Position numbers and translations under genes: made by a program. 64,000 nt of DNA from an uncultured delta proteobacterium (GTDB taxonomy: Bacteria > Myxococcota_A > Polyangia > Haliangiales > Haliangiaceae), in the NCBI GenBank assembly GCA_963743525.1, contig CAVUQH010000003.1, positions 576,001 to 640,000 of the forward strand, read 5' to 3'. The notes under the pieces were generated by a model. It was not told the origin of the DNA. It searched no databases and was given only the letters and a program-made list of their open reading frames with translations. Every line of letters starts with the position of its first letter. Positions within the stretch are counted from its first letter, which is position 1. Positions 63,268-64,000 of this stretch are shown piece by piece.

Positions 63268-63875
63268 CGACCGCGCAGGCGCTGCCAGAACGACCGCTTC
63301 GCGGCCGGCTCGGTCGGGACTTCGACCGCTTGCTCGGCGATCGGCGGCGGCGTGCTGCCCAGCCGCCGGCGACGCGGCAGCGGACTGATGTGACAGACGG
63401 CGCCGAACCGGTGCAGCGATGCCAGCACCACGTGCGAGCCGGCCGGGGTGGGCAGGCGCCGGCCGTGGGCGCTGGCGGGAAGCGGGGTGGGGGCCGCGGT
63501 CACTGCCAGCTTGCGCATGATCGTCGCCGCCTGCCGGGCGGCCTGCGATCCGGGTTGCGAGCGCTTGAGCGTCCGCGCCGCCAGGACGACTCGCGGGTTG
63601 GGCTCGGGCGGCAGGCCCGGCAGCGGGCGCTTGCCCTCCGAGCGGCCGGCCTCGGCGTGGATCGCGGCCGTCGCCGCCACCATGGTCAGCCGCGGTTCGC
63701 CCGCGGGTGACGTGGTCGCGGGTTCGAGCTCCCATCCGGCGTCGAGATCGAGCAAGGCGGACATGTCGGGGTTGGATTGCAAGCGGCGTTCCCATACCCA
63801 GGGGCCCACAACTGCGGTTCCAACGGGCGGGATCTCGGCGCGTTGCGCAGAGCAGCCTGTGTAAAACACGCACAA
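63264..63875 (-). CDS. Hypothetical protein; start uncertain
   Basis: 203-aa ORF whose stop overlaps the convergent gene's stop; ends KRSFWQRLRGR. Confidence 0.5.
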   Translation of the reverse strand: MCVFYTGCSAQRAEIPPVGTAVVGPWVWERRLQSNPDMSALLDLDAGWELEPATTSPAGEPRLTMVAATAAIHAEAGRSEGKRPLPGLPPEPNPRVVLAARTLKRSQPGSQAARQAATIMRKLAVTAAPTPLPASAHGRRLPTPAGSHVVLASLHRFGAVCHISPLPRRRRLGSTPPPIAEQAVEVPTEPAAKRSFWQRLRGR

Positions 63876-64000
63876 GCCCCTGATCCGCCTGCGGAGGGGC
63901 CAACCCGCGCCCTGGGGGGAGGGCCTCCCACCCTCGCGAAGGCCGGGAGTTACTTGCGGGAGGGCAATATGTTCATCAGCTTGCAGATGATACCGAGCAT

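Noticed and set aside
63876..63965. GC-rich hairpins near the window end as a riboswitch
   Set aside because: Stems such as GCCCCT..AGGGGC are present, but I recognise no aptamer consensus and the context is truncated

Overview
High-GC window whose gene content points to a Myxococcota (Haliangium/Kofleria-like) chromosome: pilMNOPQ followed by aroKB, a lipoprotein, mglC-like, aroQ, accBC and sgmX-like genes, plus a MYXO-CTERM-type protease and several sigma54 activators. Many genes carry single-base indels, very densely at about 0.5-6.8 kb, which looks like long-read error, so pseudogene calls are provisional. The right two thirds (18-64 kb) are mostly core and accessory metabolism. Unusual proteins there include an LtrA-family membrane protein fused to a KirBac-type K+ channel, a PilQ with a roughly 550-aa Ala-rich coiled-coil insert, a reductase-MerR-diiron enzyme cluster, and a sigma54-driven metallo-hydrolase/GAF-activator pair. 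The most striking structure is at about 3-18.2 kb. Four diverged copies of the 3' end of a CDP-alcohol phosphatidyltransferase gene and three copies of a GNAT gene alternate with unrelated cargo: an orphan Rhs toxin/immunity pair with an FG-GAP protein, a nucleotidyltransferase TA-like pair, a kinase-ATPase protein, and a lectin-like lipoprotein with a regulator. A 40-bp inverted repeat and a 14-bp palindrome mark the junctions, and no integrase or transposase is present in the window. I recognised no rRNA, tRNA or CRISPR array. Family assignments come from motif recognition by eye, not from database searches.
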